33,408 nt of DNA from NCBI GenBank assembly GCA_040260805.1, contig JBDQPD010000033.1, forward strand, positions 1 through 33,408, in the 5' to 3' direction. The translations under genes and the position numbers were made by a program. The notes under the pieces are model-generated. The model saw only the letters and a program-made list of their open reading frames with translations. It was not told the origin of the DNA and did no database searches. Numbering within the stretch: the stretch's first letter is position 1; the number at the start of each line of letters is the position of its first letter. Source of the stretch: Myxococcota bacterium (GTDB lineage: Bacteria; Myxococcota; UBA4151). Below, piece after piece: positions 1 through 7,795 of this stretch.

Positions 1-1
1 C

Positions 2-271
2 CCCTTGTGGATGATCTCGCTATGGGCGGGTTTCGGAGCGACTTTGCTGCACAGCCAGCGCCGGATGCTCAAAGGTCGGCGTCTGGCGCTCGTCTTGGGG
101 GCGCTGGGCGGACCGTGCGCCTACCTCGGCGGAGAGCGGCTCAACTGCCTGACCGTTACGGATGGATTTGGGTTGTTGGCGATTGGTGCGGCTTGGGCGA
201 TCGTCTTGGTCGCCCTTGAGGCGATGTTATCACACCTTGAAACAGACACTAATCAACAGGGAGAGAGCTGA
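2..271 (+). CDS. DUF2878 family membrane protein (5' truncated by window edge)
   Basis: PLWMISLWAGFGATLLHS...LGALGGPCAYLGGERL matches the DUF2878 pattern (LW..F.TTL.HS...G..GGP.SY..G). The frame is open from the window start; its TGA overlaps the next ATG. Confidence 0.75.
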   Translation, partial: PLWMISLWAGFGATLLHSQRRMLKGRRLALVLGALGGPCAYLGGERLNCLTVTDGFGLLAIGAAWAIVLVALEAMLSHLETDTNQQGES

Positions 272-780
272 TGAATGATGAAGTAACGCAAGTTCGGCAG
301 CCGGACGGCTCGTGGCTTCTCGAAGCCTCATGCTACCTCGATTATCCGATCGAAGAGGTTTTCGCCTTCTTTCAAGATGCGCACAATCTGCAGGTCTTAA
401 CCCCAGAGTTCTTGCGCTTTGAAGTCCTCACTCCCAAGCCGATCGATATGAAAACGGGCGCTTTGATCGATTACCGCATCCGCCTACGCGGCATTCCTTT
501 GAAGTGGCGAACAGAGATCACCGATTGGAACCCTCCTCATGGGTTCGTTGACCAGCAGCTGCGAGGGCCCTACCGTCAATGGCATCATACTCACGAGTTC
601 GTGGCGAAAGATGGCGGCACCGTCTGCACGGACCGGGTCCGCTACAAAGTCTTCGGTGGCGCGCTGATCCAGCGCTTGTTTGTCCGCGGGGATGTCGATA
701 AAATCTTCCGCTACCGAACCGAGAAAATGGCGGAGATTTTTCCTCCCAAGGTGCGCCAGCCGCAGAAGCGCTCGGCGTAG
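271..780 (+). CDS. SRPBCC (START-like) ligand-binding domain protein
   Basis: EVFAFFQDAHNLQVLTP, W.TEIT.WNPP..FVDQQLRGPY..WHHTHEF and D.V.Y are typical of small SRPBCC proteins often linked to TIGR01777. GGGAG RBS upstream. Confidence 0.85.
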   Translation: MNDEVTQVRQPDGSWLLEASCYLDYPIEEVFAFFQDAHNLQVLTPEFLRFEVLTPKPIDMKTGALIDYRIRLRGIPLKWRTEITDWNPPHGFVDQQLRGPYRQWHHTHEFVAKDGGTVCTDRVRYKVFGGALIQRLFVRGDVDKIFRYRTEKMAEIFPPKVRQPQKRSA

Positions 781-801
781 GTTAGTGGAGCGATGGACTG
801 A

Positions 802-1665
802 GTGCGTGGTGATTCAGCAAAGTTGAGATGGGGCGTCGTTGGCGTGGGTAGAGCAGGTCGAGCTCGCGCTCGGGCAATTCACGCCGATCATCGCAGTGAG
901 TTGGTGGCGGTCGCTCATGGGCGCTTCGCCAGCGAGTTTCACGTACCGAACTTAAGCGTCACAGAGCTGGTTAAGCGCGTGGATGCGCTCGCCGTATGCT
1001 CACCCACCGAACTCCACATGGAGCACGTGCGCAGCGCCTTTGATGCTGGTTGTCATGCGGTCGTCGAGTTCCCCTTGGCTGAGAGTTCGTCGGAAGCTGA
1101 GTCGTTGTTCTTAAGCGCCGAGTCCAAGGGCTTGTTGCTTCATGTGGAGCATATCGAACTCTTGCTGCCTGCTTTCAAGGCGCTGGGGTCGCAGCTCAGT
1201 GGTCCGTTTGAAGCGACCCTTCGGATGACGAAAAAGGGTTCAGGCGAGGAGTCGTTTGGCGCCATGTACGGCGCGCTGGTCGCTCGTTTGCACAATCTCC
1301 ACGCTCTGAGCCCGATCCGATCGATCGAACAGGCTAGGTGGAGCCCCGGCCAGCTCGATGTCGCGTTGAGCCTTGAGCGGGGTGAGGGTCGCTTGGTGAT
1401 TGAGTGCGGTCCATTGCTCAAGCGCAGCACGGAGCTTACCGCTCGCTCTGACCAGCATCGTTGGTCGATTCGATCGGGGTGCTTGTTTCAAGATGACCAC
1501 GAGGTCGAGCTCGAACCGTCTTCGGTTTCGCTGTTTGCTCAAGATCACCTCCGGATGATGGACCATTTGATCGATGAGCAGCCGTTGTACGTTAGCCCGA
1601 CTGCAGTACTCGAGATCCTAAGGTGTGTTGAGTCGATCGCAGCCCTGGTGAGGAAAAATCCATGA
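802..1665 (+). CDS. Gfo/Idh/MocA family oxidoreductase, biliverdin reductase A (BVR-A/BvdR)-like
   Basis: Rossmann motif VVGVGRAG, then HAVVEFPLA, LLHVEHIELL, FG...ARL and C-terminal LFAQD. These match recalled motifs of mammalian BLVRA (GVGRAG, HVLVEYP, HEEHVELL) and cyanobacterial BvdR (HVEHIELL). GTG start. Confidence 0.75.
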   Translation: MRGDSAKLRWGVVGVGRAGRARARAIHADHRSELVAVAHGRFASEFHVPNLSVTELVKRVDALAVCSPTELHMEHVRSAFDAGCHAVVEFPLAESSSEAESLFLSAESKGLLLHVEHIELLLPAFKALGSQLSGPFEATLRMTKKGSGEESFGAMYGALVARLHNLHALSPIRSIEQARWSPGQLDVALSLERGEGRLVIECGPLLKRSTELTARSDQHRWSIRSGCLFQDDHEVELEPSSVSLFAQDHLRMMDHLIDEQPLYVSPTAVLEILRCVESIAALVRKNP

Positions 1666-2174
1666 TGCGCTTAGAATCGGTAGGCCGTTGGTCCTTGGTG
1701 ATAGCCCTTCTGGTCCTCGTTCCTGAGGCAGGGGTCGCCTCACCGCCTCCGACCTTGAACGGGACCTGGAAGCTTGAGGCCAAGACATCGGAATCCTTGA
1801 GCCCGATTCTGAAGAACTTAGGGTACGGCTGGTTGGCGCGCAAAGTGATGGAGTCGTTGTCGGTCGAGCAGGTGATCACGACCACTTCAAAGGGGGTGGC
1901 GGTTCGAGTGATCACCCGCTTCACGAACGACACGATCGTGTTGCCCTTTGACAATCAGTGGGGTGAGGGTCGCACTCTTGACGGGGGAACGACCGAGCGC
2001 CGGAGTCGGTGGCTGACAAAGCAACCCGCTTTGCTGACCGAGGACCGCTTTCCGCAAGGGTTACTGACGACCACTCGTTTGCGCGTCGACCCCTCGACGC
2101 TTCATGAGGTGCTCACTTTTAGCGCGCCGGGTAAGCCGGTCTTGCGCGCCGTCCGGGTCTTTCGACGTCGGTGA
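1662..2174 (+). CDS. Secreted calycin-fold protein, fatty-acid-binding protein (FABP)-like
   Basis: Signal peptide-like N-terminus, then LNGTWKL..SE....ILKNLGYGWLARK (FABP G.W.L plus helix-turn-helix lid), a TLDG turn and a terminal R.F.R strand. ATGA overlap with the upstream gene. Confidence 0.6.
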   Translation: MMRLESVGRWSLVIALLVLVPEAGVASPPPTLNGTWKLEAKTSESLSPILKNLGYGWLARKVMESLSVEQVITTTSKGVAVRVITRFTNDTIVLPFDNQWGEGRTLDGGTTERRSRWLTKQPALLTEDRFPQGLLTTTRLRVDPSTLHEVLTFSAPGKPVLRAVRVFRRR

Positions 2175-2177
2175 CCT

Positions 2178-3572
2178 TTAGACCGTCGCTAAGAAGGTCT
2201 TCGCCGTCTCCAAGAACGTTTTGCGTGCCGTGGCATGATCGACAATCGGACCAGGGTAAACTGTCGGGGACAGAGGTTCCTTGGCTAACCAAGGGGTGTG
2301 GATGACGCGATTCGGCAGCTCGCTGAGTTCAGGGACCCAGCGCCTGACATACGCCCCTTTAGGATCGAACTTTTTGCCCTGTAAGATGGGGTTGAACACC
2401 CGAAAGTAGGGTTGCGCATCGCATCCACAGCCCGCTGACCATTGCCAGCCAAAGTTGTTCTGAATCCAATCGCCGTCGGTGAGCCACTTCATATAATGTG
2501 CCTCGCCGCGGCGGTAATCGATCAGCAAGTGTTTGGTGAGAAAGCTCGCCGAGATCATCCGCGCTCGGTTGTGAACATATCCTGTCGCTAAAAGCTGGCG
2601 CGCCGCGGCATCGACGATCGGATAACCCGTGCGCCCATGGACCCAAGCCTCCCAATGCTCGTCGCGGCCGCCCCATGGGAACCCGACAAACTTTTTACGG
2701 AAGGGTTGCTCGAGCAAGTCAGGTTGATTCCACACCAGATCATGGGCGAACTCACGCCAGATGATCTGGCGTCTAAATGAGCCGGCATGAGCTCGGATTT
2801 CGGGCGCGTTTGCGGCCGCCCAAACCTGTCGAGCCGACAGCGTTCCGAACTTTAGGTCTGGCCCAATACGGCTGGACCCATCTTGGTCGGGTCGGTTTCG
2901 CGCTTTGGGATAGTTGCCTACACGGTGACTCAGAAAATCATGCAATCGATCCGCTGCGCTGCGCTCGCCTCCGTGGATCAGGTTGGCATTGGCGCTGAGC
3001 CCTAGATCGCTAAGGCTCGGCAACTCGGCGCTCGTCGCTGCGACCCCTTCGGGTAGTGGTGGCAGGCGGTCGGGCGCGCGAACGGGGGTTTTGACCTGAG
3101 CTTGCGCTAAGAATCTTTTCCAAAACGGAGTAAACACGGAGTAGGGTTTGCCTTGAAGGGTTCTGATCGAGCCGGGCATGACCAAGGTCTCGCCTTCAAG
3201 AAGCTCTAGGGGACACGATAACCGTTCGGCGACGATCTGGTCGCGACGACGAGCGAAGGATTCAGTCCAGCCTTGAGCGAGGACCTGATCGACCTGCCAC
3301 TGCGCTGCGACCTCAGGCACCACATCGATGCTGCGCCCGTATCGAAGAATCAGTTGGCTGCCGCGAGCCGCAACAGCGGCCTTCAGCGATTCGAGCGACT
3401 CGAGCAAATACTGCATCCGATGAGGCAACTGTTGAGCACGCTTAGGCGCAAAGAAGTAAGGGTCAAGGACGAACAAGGGGATCACCTCGCCGCTGTCCAT
3501 CGCCGTGAGTACGGCGGCATGATCCTCAAGCCGAAGGTCTTTACCCCGAAACCAGATCAGGCTGCGCTTCAT
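2178..3572 (-). CDS. phrB: Deoxyribodipyrimidine (CPD) photolyase
   Basis: WFR..DLRLEDH, YSVFTPF, WREF, G.TGYPIVDA..RQL..TGY.HNRARM and WQWSAGCG.DAQPYFRVFNP...KFDP FAD-binding motifs. Confidence 0.95.
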   Translation of the reverse strand: MKRSLIWFRGKDLRLEDHAAVLTAMDSGEVIPLFVLDPYFFAPKRAQQLPHRMQYLLESLESLKAAVAARGSQLILRYGRSIDVVPEVAAQWQVDQVLAQGWTESFARRRDQIVAERLSCPLELLEGETLVMPGSIRTLQGKPYSVFTPFWKRFLAQAQVKTPVRAPDRLPPLPEGVAATSAELPSLSDLGLSANANLIHGGERSAADRLHDFLSHRVGNYPKARNRPDQDGSSRIGPDLKFGTLSARQVWAAANAPEIRAHAGSFRRQIIWREFAHDLVWNQPDLLEQPFRKKFVGFPWGGRDEHWEAWVHGRTGYPIVDAAARQLLATGYVHNRARMISASFLTKHLLIDYRRGEAHYMKWLTDGDWIQNNFGWQWSAGCGCDAQPYFRVFNPILQGKKFDPKGAYVRRWVPELSELPNRVIHTPWLAKEPLSPTVYPGPIVDHATARKTFLETAKTFLATV

Positions 3573-4471
3573 GGTCTGCTGACCACGTCGCTGAGCGCCT
3601 GCTTTAAATCACTGTAGGCGAAGGGGTATTTTGCCTCTTGAGCGACCTTCGGAAGCACGTGTTGAGAGGCTAAAATAATCGAAGTCTTCTCGCCGAAGAG
3701 GGCGTGCAGTCCAAAGCGCGGCACCGGCATGAAGGCGGGTCTTCTGAGCGCTTCGCCGAGTTGCTTGGTAAAGTCTGCGTTGGTCACCGGTTGCGGTGCC
3801 ACCGCGTTGATTGAGCCCTGAAGGCCATCGGATTGGGCAGACCAGAGCAACAAACCGACCACGTCATCGACATGGATCCATGACATCCACTGCTTTCCGT
3901 CTCCTAATTTGCCGCCGGCGCCCATGCGAAAGATCGGGATCATCTGTTCGAGTGCCCCGCCGCCTTGAGCCAAGACGATCCCAATCCGAAGGCAGACGAC
4001 ACGCACCCCATGAGCTTCGGCTGCCATCGCCTCTCGCTCCCAGTCTCGACACACATCGGGGAGAAAGCCTGATCCGGGTTTCGAATGTTCGTCCAGCACC
4101 TCATCGCCACGATCACCGTAAAATCCCACCGCCGACGCAGCGATCAGCACCTTGGGTGGTCGCTCGCAGGCCGCTATGCCTTGGACAAGGTGCCGGGTAC
4201 CGATGACGCGGCTGTCTCGGATCCTGCGTTTCTTCTCTTTAGTCCAGCGTCCGGTGGCGACCGGTTCTCCGGCGAGGTGAAAAACGACATCGCAACCCTC
4301 GAGGGCTTCGATTGGCGCCATCTCTTCTTCGGGTCTCCAAGTCACCGTGCGCGGTGCACCCGGAGCCTGCGCGCCCGACTGTGCACGGCGGGTTAGGATG
4401 GTTGGCTGATCGAGTTGGTCGAGCAATAAGCGCCCAATTAATCCCGTCGCACCTGTCACTAAAGCGTTCAT
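3569..4471 (-). CDS. TIGR01777 family NAD-dependent epimerase/oxidoreductase (YfcH-like)
   Basis: VTGATGLIG, HLAGEP...RWT..KK..I.DSR, ASAVGFYG, C..WE, LRIGIVL and G.QWMSWIH. ATGA overlap with the photolyase. Confidence 0.93.
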   Translation of the reverse strand: MNALVTGATGLIGRLLLDQLDQPTILTRRAQSGAQAPGAPRTVTWRPEEEMAPIEALEGCDVVFHLAGEPVATGRWTKEKKRRIRDSRVIGTRHLVQGIAACERPPKVLIAASAVGFYGDRGDEVLDEHSKPGSGFLPDVCRDWEREAMAAEAHGVRVVCLRIGIVLAQGGGALEQMIPIFRMGAGGKLGDGKQWMSWIHVDDVVGLLLWSAQSDGLQGSINAVAPQPVTNADFTKQLGEALRRPAFMPVPRFGLHALFGEKTSIILASQHVLPKVAQEAKYPFAYSDLKQALSDVVSRP

Positions 4472-4607
4472 CTAAAGCCCCAAAAGACGATTTAATGGTT
4501 TATTATAGTAAAAAAAGGTATAAATCGACCACAGAGTTTGAAATAACCATAAAAATCAATGAGCCTAAGATAGCCTTCGGGCCAACCCCTTAGGCTTTGA
4601 CGATCGG
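4472..4607. promoter_or_regulatory. AT-rich divergent promoter region with a minus-strand TATAAT (4502-4507) and inverted repeats
   Basis: Sharp AT enrichment between divergent genes. ATTATA at 4502-4507 reads TATAAT towards TIGR01777-phrB. It is flanked by CGATTTA (4488-4494) and TAAATCG (4521-4527). No consensus -35 seen. Confidence 0.6.
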
Positions 4608-5519
4608 ATGAACAGCATGACGGGAAAAAAAGCCAATTTGATCTCGGCGCTGACCTGTTTGGGATTAGCGGGGTTGAGCCTGATACCAAGCGCTGAATCA
4701 GGGGTCTTCTTGGGCGGTCTGCCGACTTTGGTTGGTGTGATGATTTTGATCGTGGGTATCCAGTGGGCAGCGTTCGTACCCGCTTGGATTAACCGCACCG
4801 AGAAGTTCTTTGATTTGGTGGGTACTCAAACCTTCGTGGTCGTTGCCTTGTTGGGGCTAGCCTATGCCCACCACTCGGGGACGGCCAGCCCTCACCATTA
4901 TGCGCTGTCGGCGGCGGTCGCTGTTTGGGGGCTTCGTCTGGGTCCCTTCTTGGTCCGTCGGATCCACAAAGCGGGTAAAGACGGGCGGTTCGACGAGATC
5001 AAGCTCTCGTTCCCGCGTTTCTTCATGGCGTGGACCGTTCAGGCTGTTTGGGTGTTCGCCACCGCCTATCCGGTCTGGATTATTTTGACCTCAAAGCGCA
5101 CGTCGGAGCTCGACTCATGGGTCGGCATCGGGTTGGTGATGTGGCTGGTAGGCTTTGCCATCGAGGTCACCGCAGACCGCCAAAAATCTGCTTTCCGCGC
5201 TCGTCACCCCGAAGGTGAAGTGTGGATCGATGAAGGACTTTGGGCTTTGGCTCAGCACCCAAACTATTTCGGTGAGATTCTGCTTTGGACGGGATTGTTC
5301 GTGTCCGGCATCGGCTTTTACCAGGGCTTGGAGTGGGTGGCGGTTGTTTCCCCCTTGTTCGTCTTCGGCTTACTCACCCGAGGGAGCGGGGTCCCTCTGA
5401 TTCAAGAGCGTAACCAAGAGCGCTGGGGCGACAACCCCGACTTTCAGCGCTACCTGCAAGAAACGAATCTGCTCGTCCCGATCCCAAGCCGCCGTCCACG
5501 TCGCCCTAAGGTGACGTGA
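4608..5519 (+). CDS. DUF1295 / steroid 5-alpha-reductase-like membrane protein
   Basis: Multiple TM segments; TEKFFDLVG, WGLRLG.FL..RI...GKDGRFD, E..AD.QK..F and GLW...QHPNYFGE. Confidence 0.9.
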   Translation: MNSMTGKKANLISALTCLGLAGLSLIPSAESGVFLGGLPTLVGVMILIVGIQWAAFVPAWINRTEKFFDLVGTQTFVVVALLGLAYAHHSGTASPHHYALSAAVAVWGLRLGPFLVRRIHKAGKDGRFDEIKLSFPRFFMAWTVQAVWVFATAYPVWIILTSKRTSELDSWVGIGLVMWLVGFAIEVTADRQKSAFRARHPEGEVWIDEGLWALAQHPNYFGEILLWTGLFVSGIGFYQGLEWVAVVSPLFVFGLLTRGSGVPLIQERNQERWGDNPDFQRYLQETNLLVPIPSRRPRRPKVT

Positions 5520-6150
5520 TCTTCTCGACCGACACGATGATCTCGTTTCGACGCAGCAGAGGCATAGCGCTCGGCGAGTTGTACTGAGCGCTCATTGGCT
5601 CTGAAGTGGCTCGGTAGCCCTGCGCGCGCACCCACTCGAGCAGCTGTGATTTGTGCGCGGCGACTCGCTTGGGCGAGGCGTACATGTTGTACCGAATCGA
5701 GGCCGTCAGCCCCCAATCGACGTCAAGCAAACGAACCTGGTTTGAGTTGGGAAGGGGTAGATCAGCCACGCCACGACCCTCGGGCATGACAAACGCCATC
5801 ATGTTGTCTCGCCCGTCGATCAAAACCGGCGCCGTCATCCCTAAGGATTCACCGCCTTTTTGCGTGACGACGGGAGCGGTCATCGGAAGACGCTCGGCGG
5901 GCTGGTTGCCGCCAAAGATATAGCCAGCGAGCACTCTAAAGCCACCGCTCATCCCCTTGCGCTTGGCGCTGGTCATCGCGGTCTGAGCGATCACGAAGGG
6001 TTGGTACTGCCTGAGCTCGAACGCTCCATCCACTCGCTGCGTCTGGTAGCGAGGACCGTCGAGGTTTCCCTCGTAGAAGCTGGTGTATCCAGCCCATAAT
6101 CCTGTCAGCGCTGCAGCGCCGATCCCGATCCACATGAGGCTGTCGTTCAT
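5506..6150 (-). CDS. SOUL family heme-binding protein with N-terminal membrane anchor
   Basis: P.Y, ELRQY, GFRVLAGYIFGGN, two MTAPV motifs, M.FVMP and AQYN.P..P..RRNEI. ATG at 6150; an alternative GTG lies at 6159. Confidence 0.92.
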   Translation of the reverse strand: MNDSLMWIGIGAAALTGLWAGYTSFYEGNLDGPRYQTQRVDGAFELRQYQPFVIAQTAMTSAKRKGMSGGFRVLAGYIFGGNQPAERLPMTAPVVTQKGGESLGMTAPVLIDGRDNMMAFVMPEGRGVADLPLPNSNQVRLLDVDWGLTASIRYNMYASPKRVAAHKSQLLEWVRAQGYRATSEPMSAQYNSPSAMPLLRRNEIIVSVEKITSP

Positions 6151-6159
6151 GGTGTCCAC

Positions 6160-6296
6160 CTAAATGGTTGATTGGTTTGGTCGTTTATTAACATCTTTTT
6201 GCGGGCTTATATGCAAGCGGTGAACGCTTTGACCGTTTTAGGTTGCAAGCAACGCGTCGAAGGTTTAGTGTGCTCAGGCATCAAAGGGTCGGGGCT
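6160..6296. promoter_or_regulatory. Divergent promoter region between the SOUL and DsbD-N genes
   Basis: AT-rich intergenic stretch between divergent genes; contains GGTCGTTTATTA (6179-6190). Confidence 0.4.
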
Positions 6297-7130
6297 ATGA
6301 GCGTGCGTTTGACGATGATAGCGCTGTGGGCGATTGGCTGCACAGCATCCGCTCCAGCGGGCTCGGAGCCTGCTGCGAAGCCCGTCGTCAAACCCGTCGC
6401 ACAGCCCTCGATTGCGCCGGACAAGCCTGAACGTCAGTTGGTGTCGATGGCGACCAGGTGGGCGGCGATCGATCCAGGCGAGCGCGCTCAGATTGTGGTC
6501 GAGCTCGAGCCGATCAAGGGCTGGCACATCTACTGGCATAACCCCGGAGATTCAGGCCTGCCGACAAGCTTTGAGGTGACTCAAAACGGCCAGCCTATCG
6601 GCCACCGAGTGCGGATGCCCTCTCCGAAACGTAAGGTGAGCGCTGGCTCGATCGTTTCGTACGGCTTTGAAGGCTCGACGCTATTTTTCGTCGAACCGAC
6701 GGCGCCCCAGACCGAGCAAGACCTTGAACTTGAAGCGGTTTGGCTGGCGTGCGCTGAGACCTGCGTTAAGGGGTCAAAAAAAGTCCGTATCGCAGCCCTT
6801 GCCAAATCGCAGTCAGCCCCTGAAGCGGGCGACTTGAGGGCATGGAATCAGCTGCCCGGCTTGCGACCAACACGCTGGAGTCAGACGAGCAAAGGGTTGG
6901 TGTTTGAAGCGCCAGCAGGCTCAACGGTGACGCTGTATCCTCACACTGAGCTCCACCGAAGGCTCGACGGACACGCGTTGAGCTACTGCATAAAGAATCG
7001 ATGTGAGTTGCCGCTCAAGGTGCTCGTTGATAACACGCCAGACCAGAAGCTGTGGGCGACGCTTTCCGTGTCGACAGCTGGTCGATTAGAAACTTTTGAA
7101 ACCGATCTTCTGAAAGGAATGAGCCCATGA
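6297..7130 (+). CDS. Lipoprotein with DsbD/ScsB N-terminal (alpha) disulfide-reductase domain
   Basis: Lipobox-like AIGC, GWHIYWHNPGDSGLPT signature and the WLACAETC CxxxC redox pair. No TM or thioredoxin domain follows. ATG at 6297 preferred over TTG at 6243. Confidence 0.8.
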   Translation: MSVRLTMIALWAIGCTASAPAGSEPAAKPVVKPVAQPSIAPDKPERQLVSMATRWAAIDPGERAQIVVELEPIKGWHIYWHNPGDSGLPTSFEVTQNGQPIGHRVRMPSPKRKVSAGSIVSYGFEGSTLFFVEPTAPQTEQDLELEAVWLACAETCVKGSKKVRIAALAKSQSAPEAGDLRAWNQLPGLRPTRWSQTSKGLVFEAPAGSTVTLYPHTELHRRLDGHALSYCIKNRCELPLKVLVDNTPDQKLWATLSVSTAGRLETFETDLLKGMSP

Positions 7131-7795
7131 GATTTTTCGTTGTTAGTCTTTCGCTTTGCCTTGCGTTCCCAGCACAAGCTGCGCCGCCGATCCTGGCACA
7201 TTGTGGTGGTTGCGGAACGGGTGATACCGCTGCGAAATCTGATCACATGCACAACAAAAAGGCGTCGGTTGGACATACCGCTCCTTCGTTCAAGCTCAAG
7301 GACATGAACGGTAAAACGCACTCGCTGGCTCAGTACAAAGGTAAGACCGTGGTGCTCGAGTGGTTCAACCCCGAATGCCCCTTCGTGGTGTCGGCGCATG
7401 GCAAGGGTGGCGTGTTGGAGAAGATGGCGAAGACCGTGACGTCAAAAGACACGGTCTGGCTAGCGATCAATTCTGGCGCCAAAGGTCGCCAGGGACATAG
7501 CAAATCGGTCAATCAATCTGCAGCCAAGAAATGGAAAATGAATCATCCTATTTTGGTCGACGCAGACGGTCAGGTCGGCAAGGCCTATGGCGCCAAGACT
7601 ACCCCACATATGTTCGTCATCGATGCCAAGGGCAAGTTGGCGTATAAGGGCAGCCCGGACAACGCACCGAGCGGTCGCAAAGGCTCCTCATACAAAGCGC
7701 ACCTGAGCGACGCCCTTACCGATCTCGCAGCCGGTAAGCGAGTGCGTACATCGAGCACTTCACCTTGGGGTTGCAGCGTCAAGTACGCTCGTTAG
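7127..7795 (+). CDS. Exported peroxiredoxin-like redoxin (AhpC/TSA fold, PrxL type)
   Basis: Signal peptide; APSFKLKD..GK, VLEWFNPECPFV, YGAKTTPHMFVID and C-terminal GCSVKY. ATGA overlap with the upstream gene. Confidence 0.88.
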   Translation: MRFFVVSLSLCLAFPAQAAPPILAHCGGCGTGDTAAKSDHMHNKKASVGHTAPSFKLKDMNGKTHSLAQYKGKTVVLEWFNPECPFVVSAHGKGGVLEKMAKTVTSKDTVWLAINSGAKGRQGHSKSVNQSAAKKWKMNHPILVDADGQVGKAYGAKTTPHMFVIDAKGKLAYKGSPDNAPSGRKGSSYKAHLSDALTDLAAGKRVRTSSTSPWGCSVKYAR

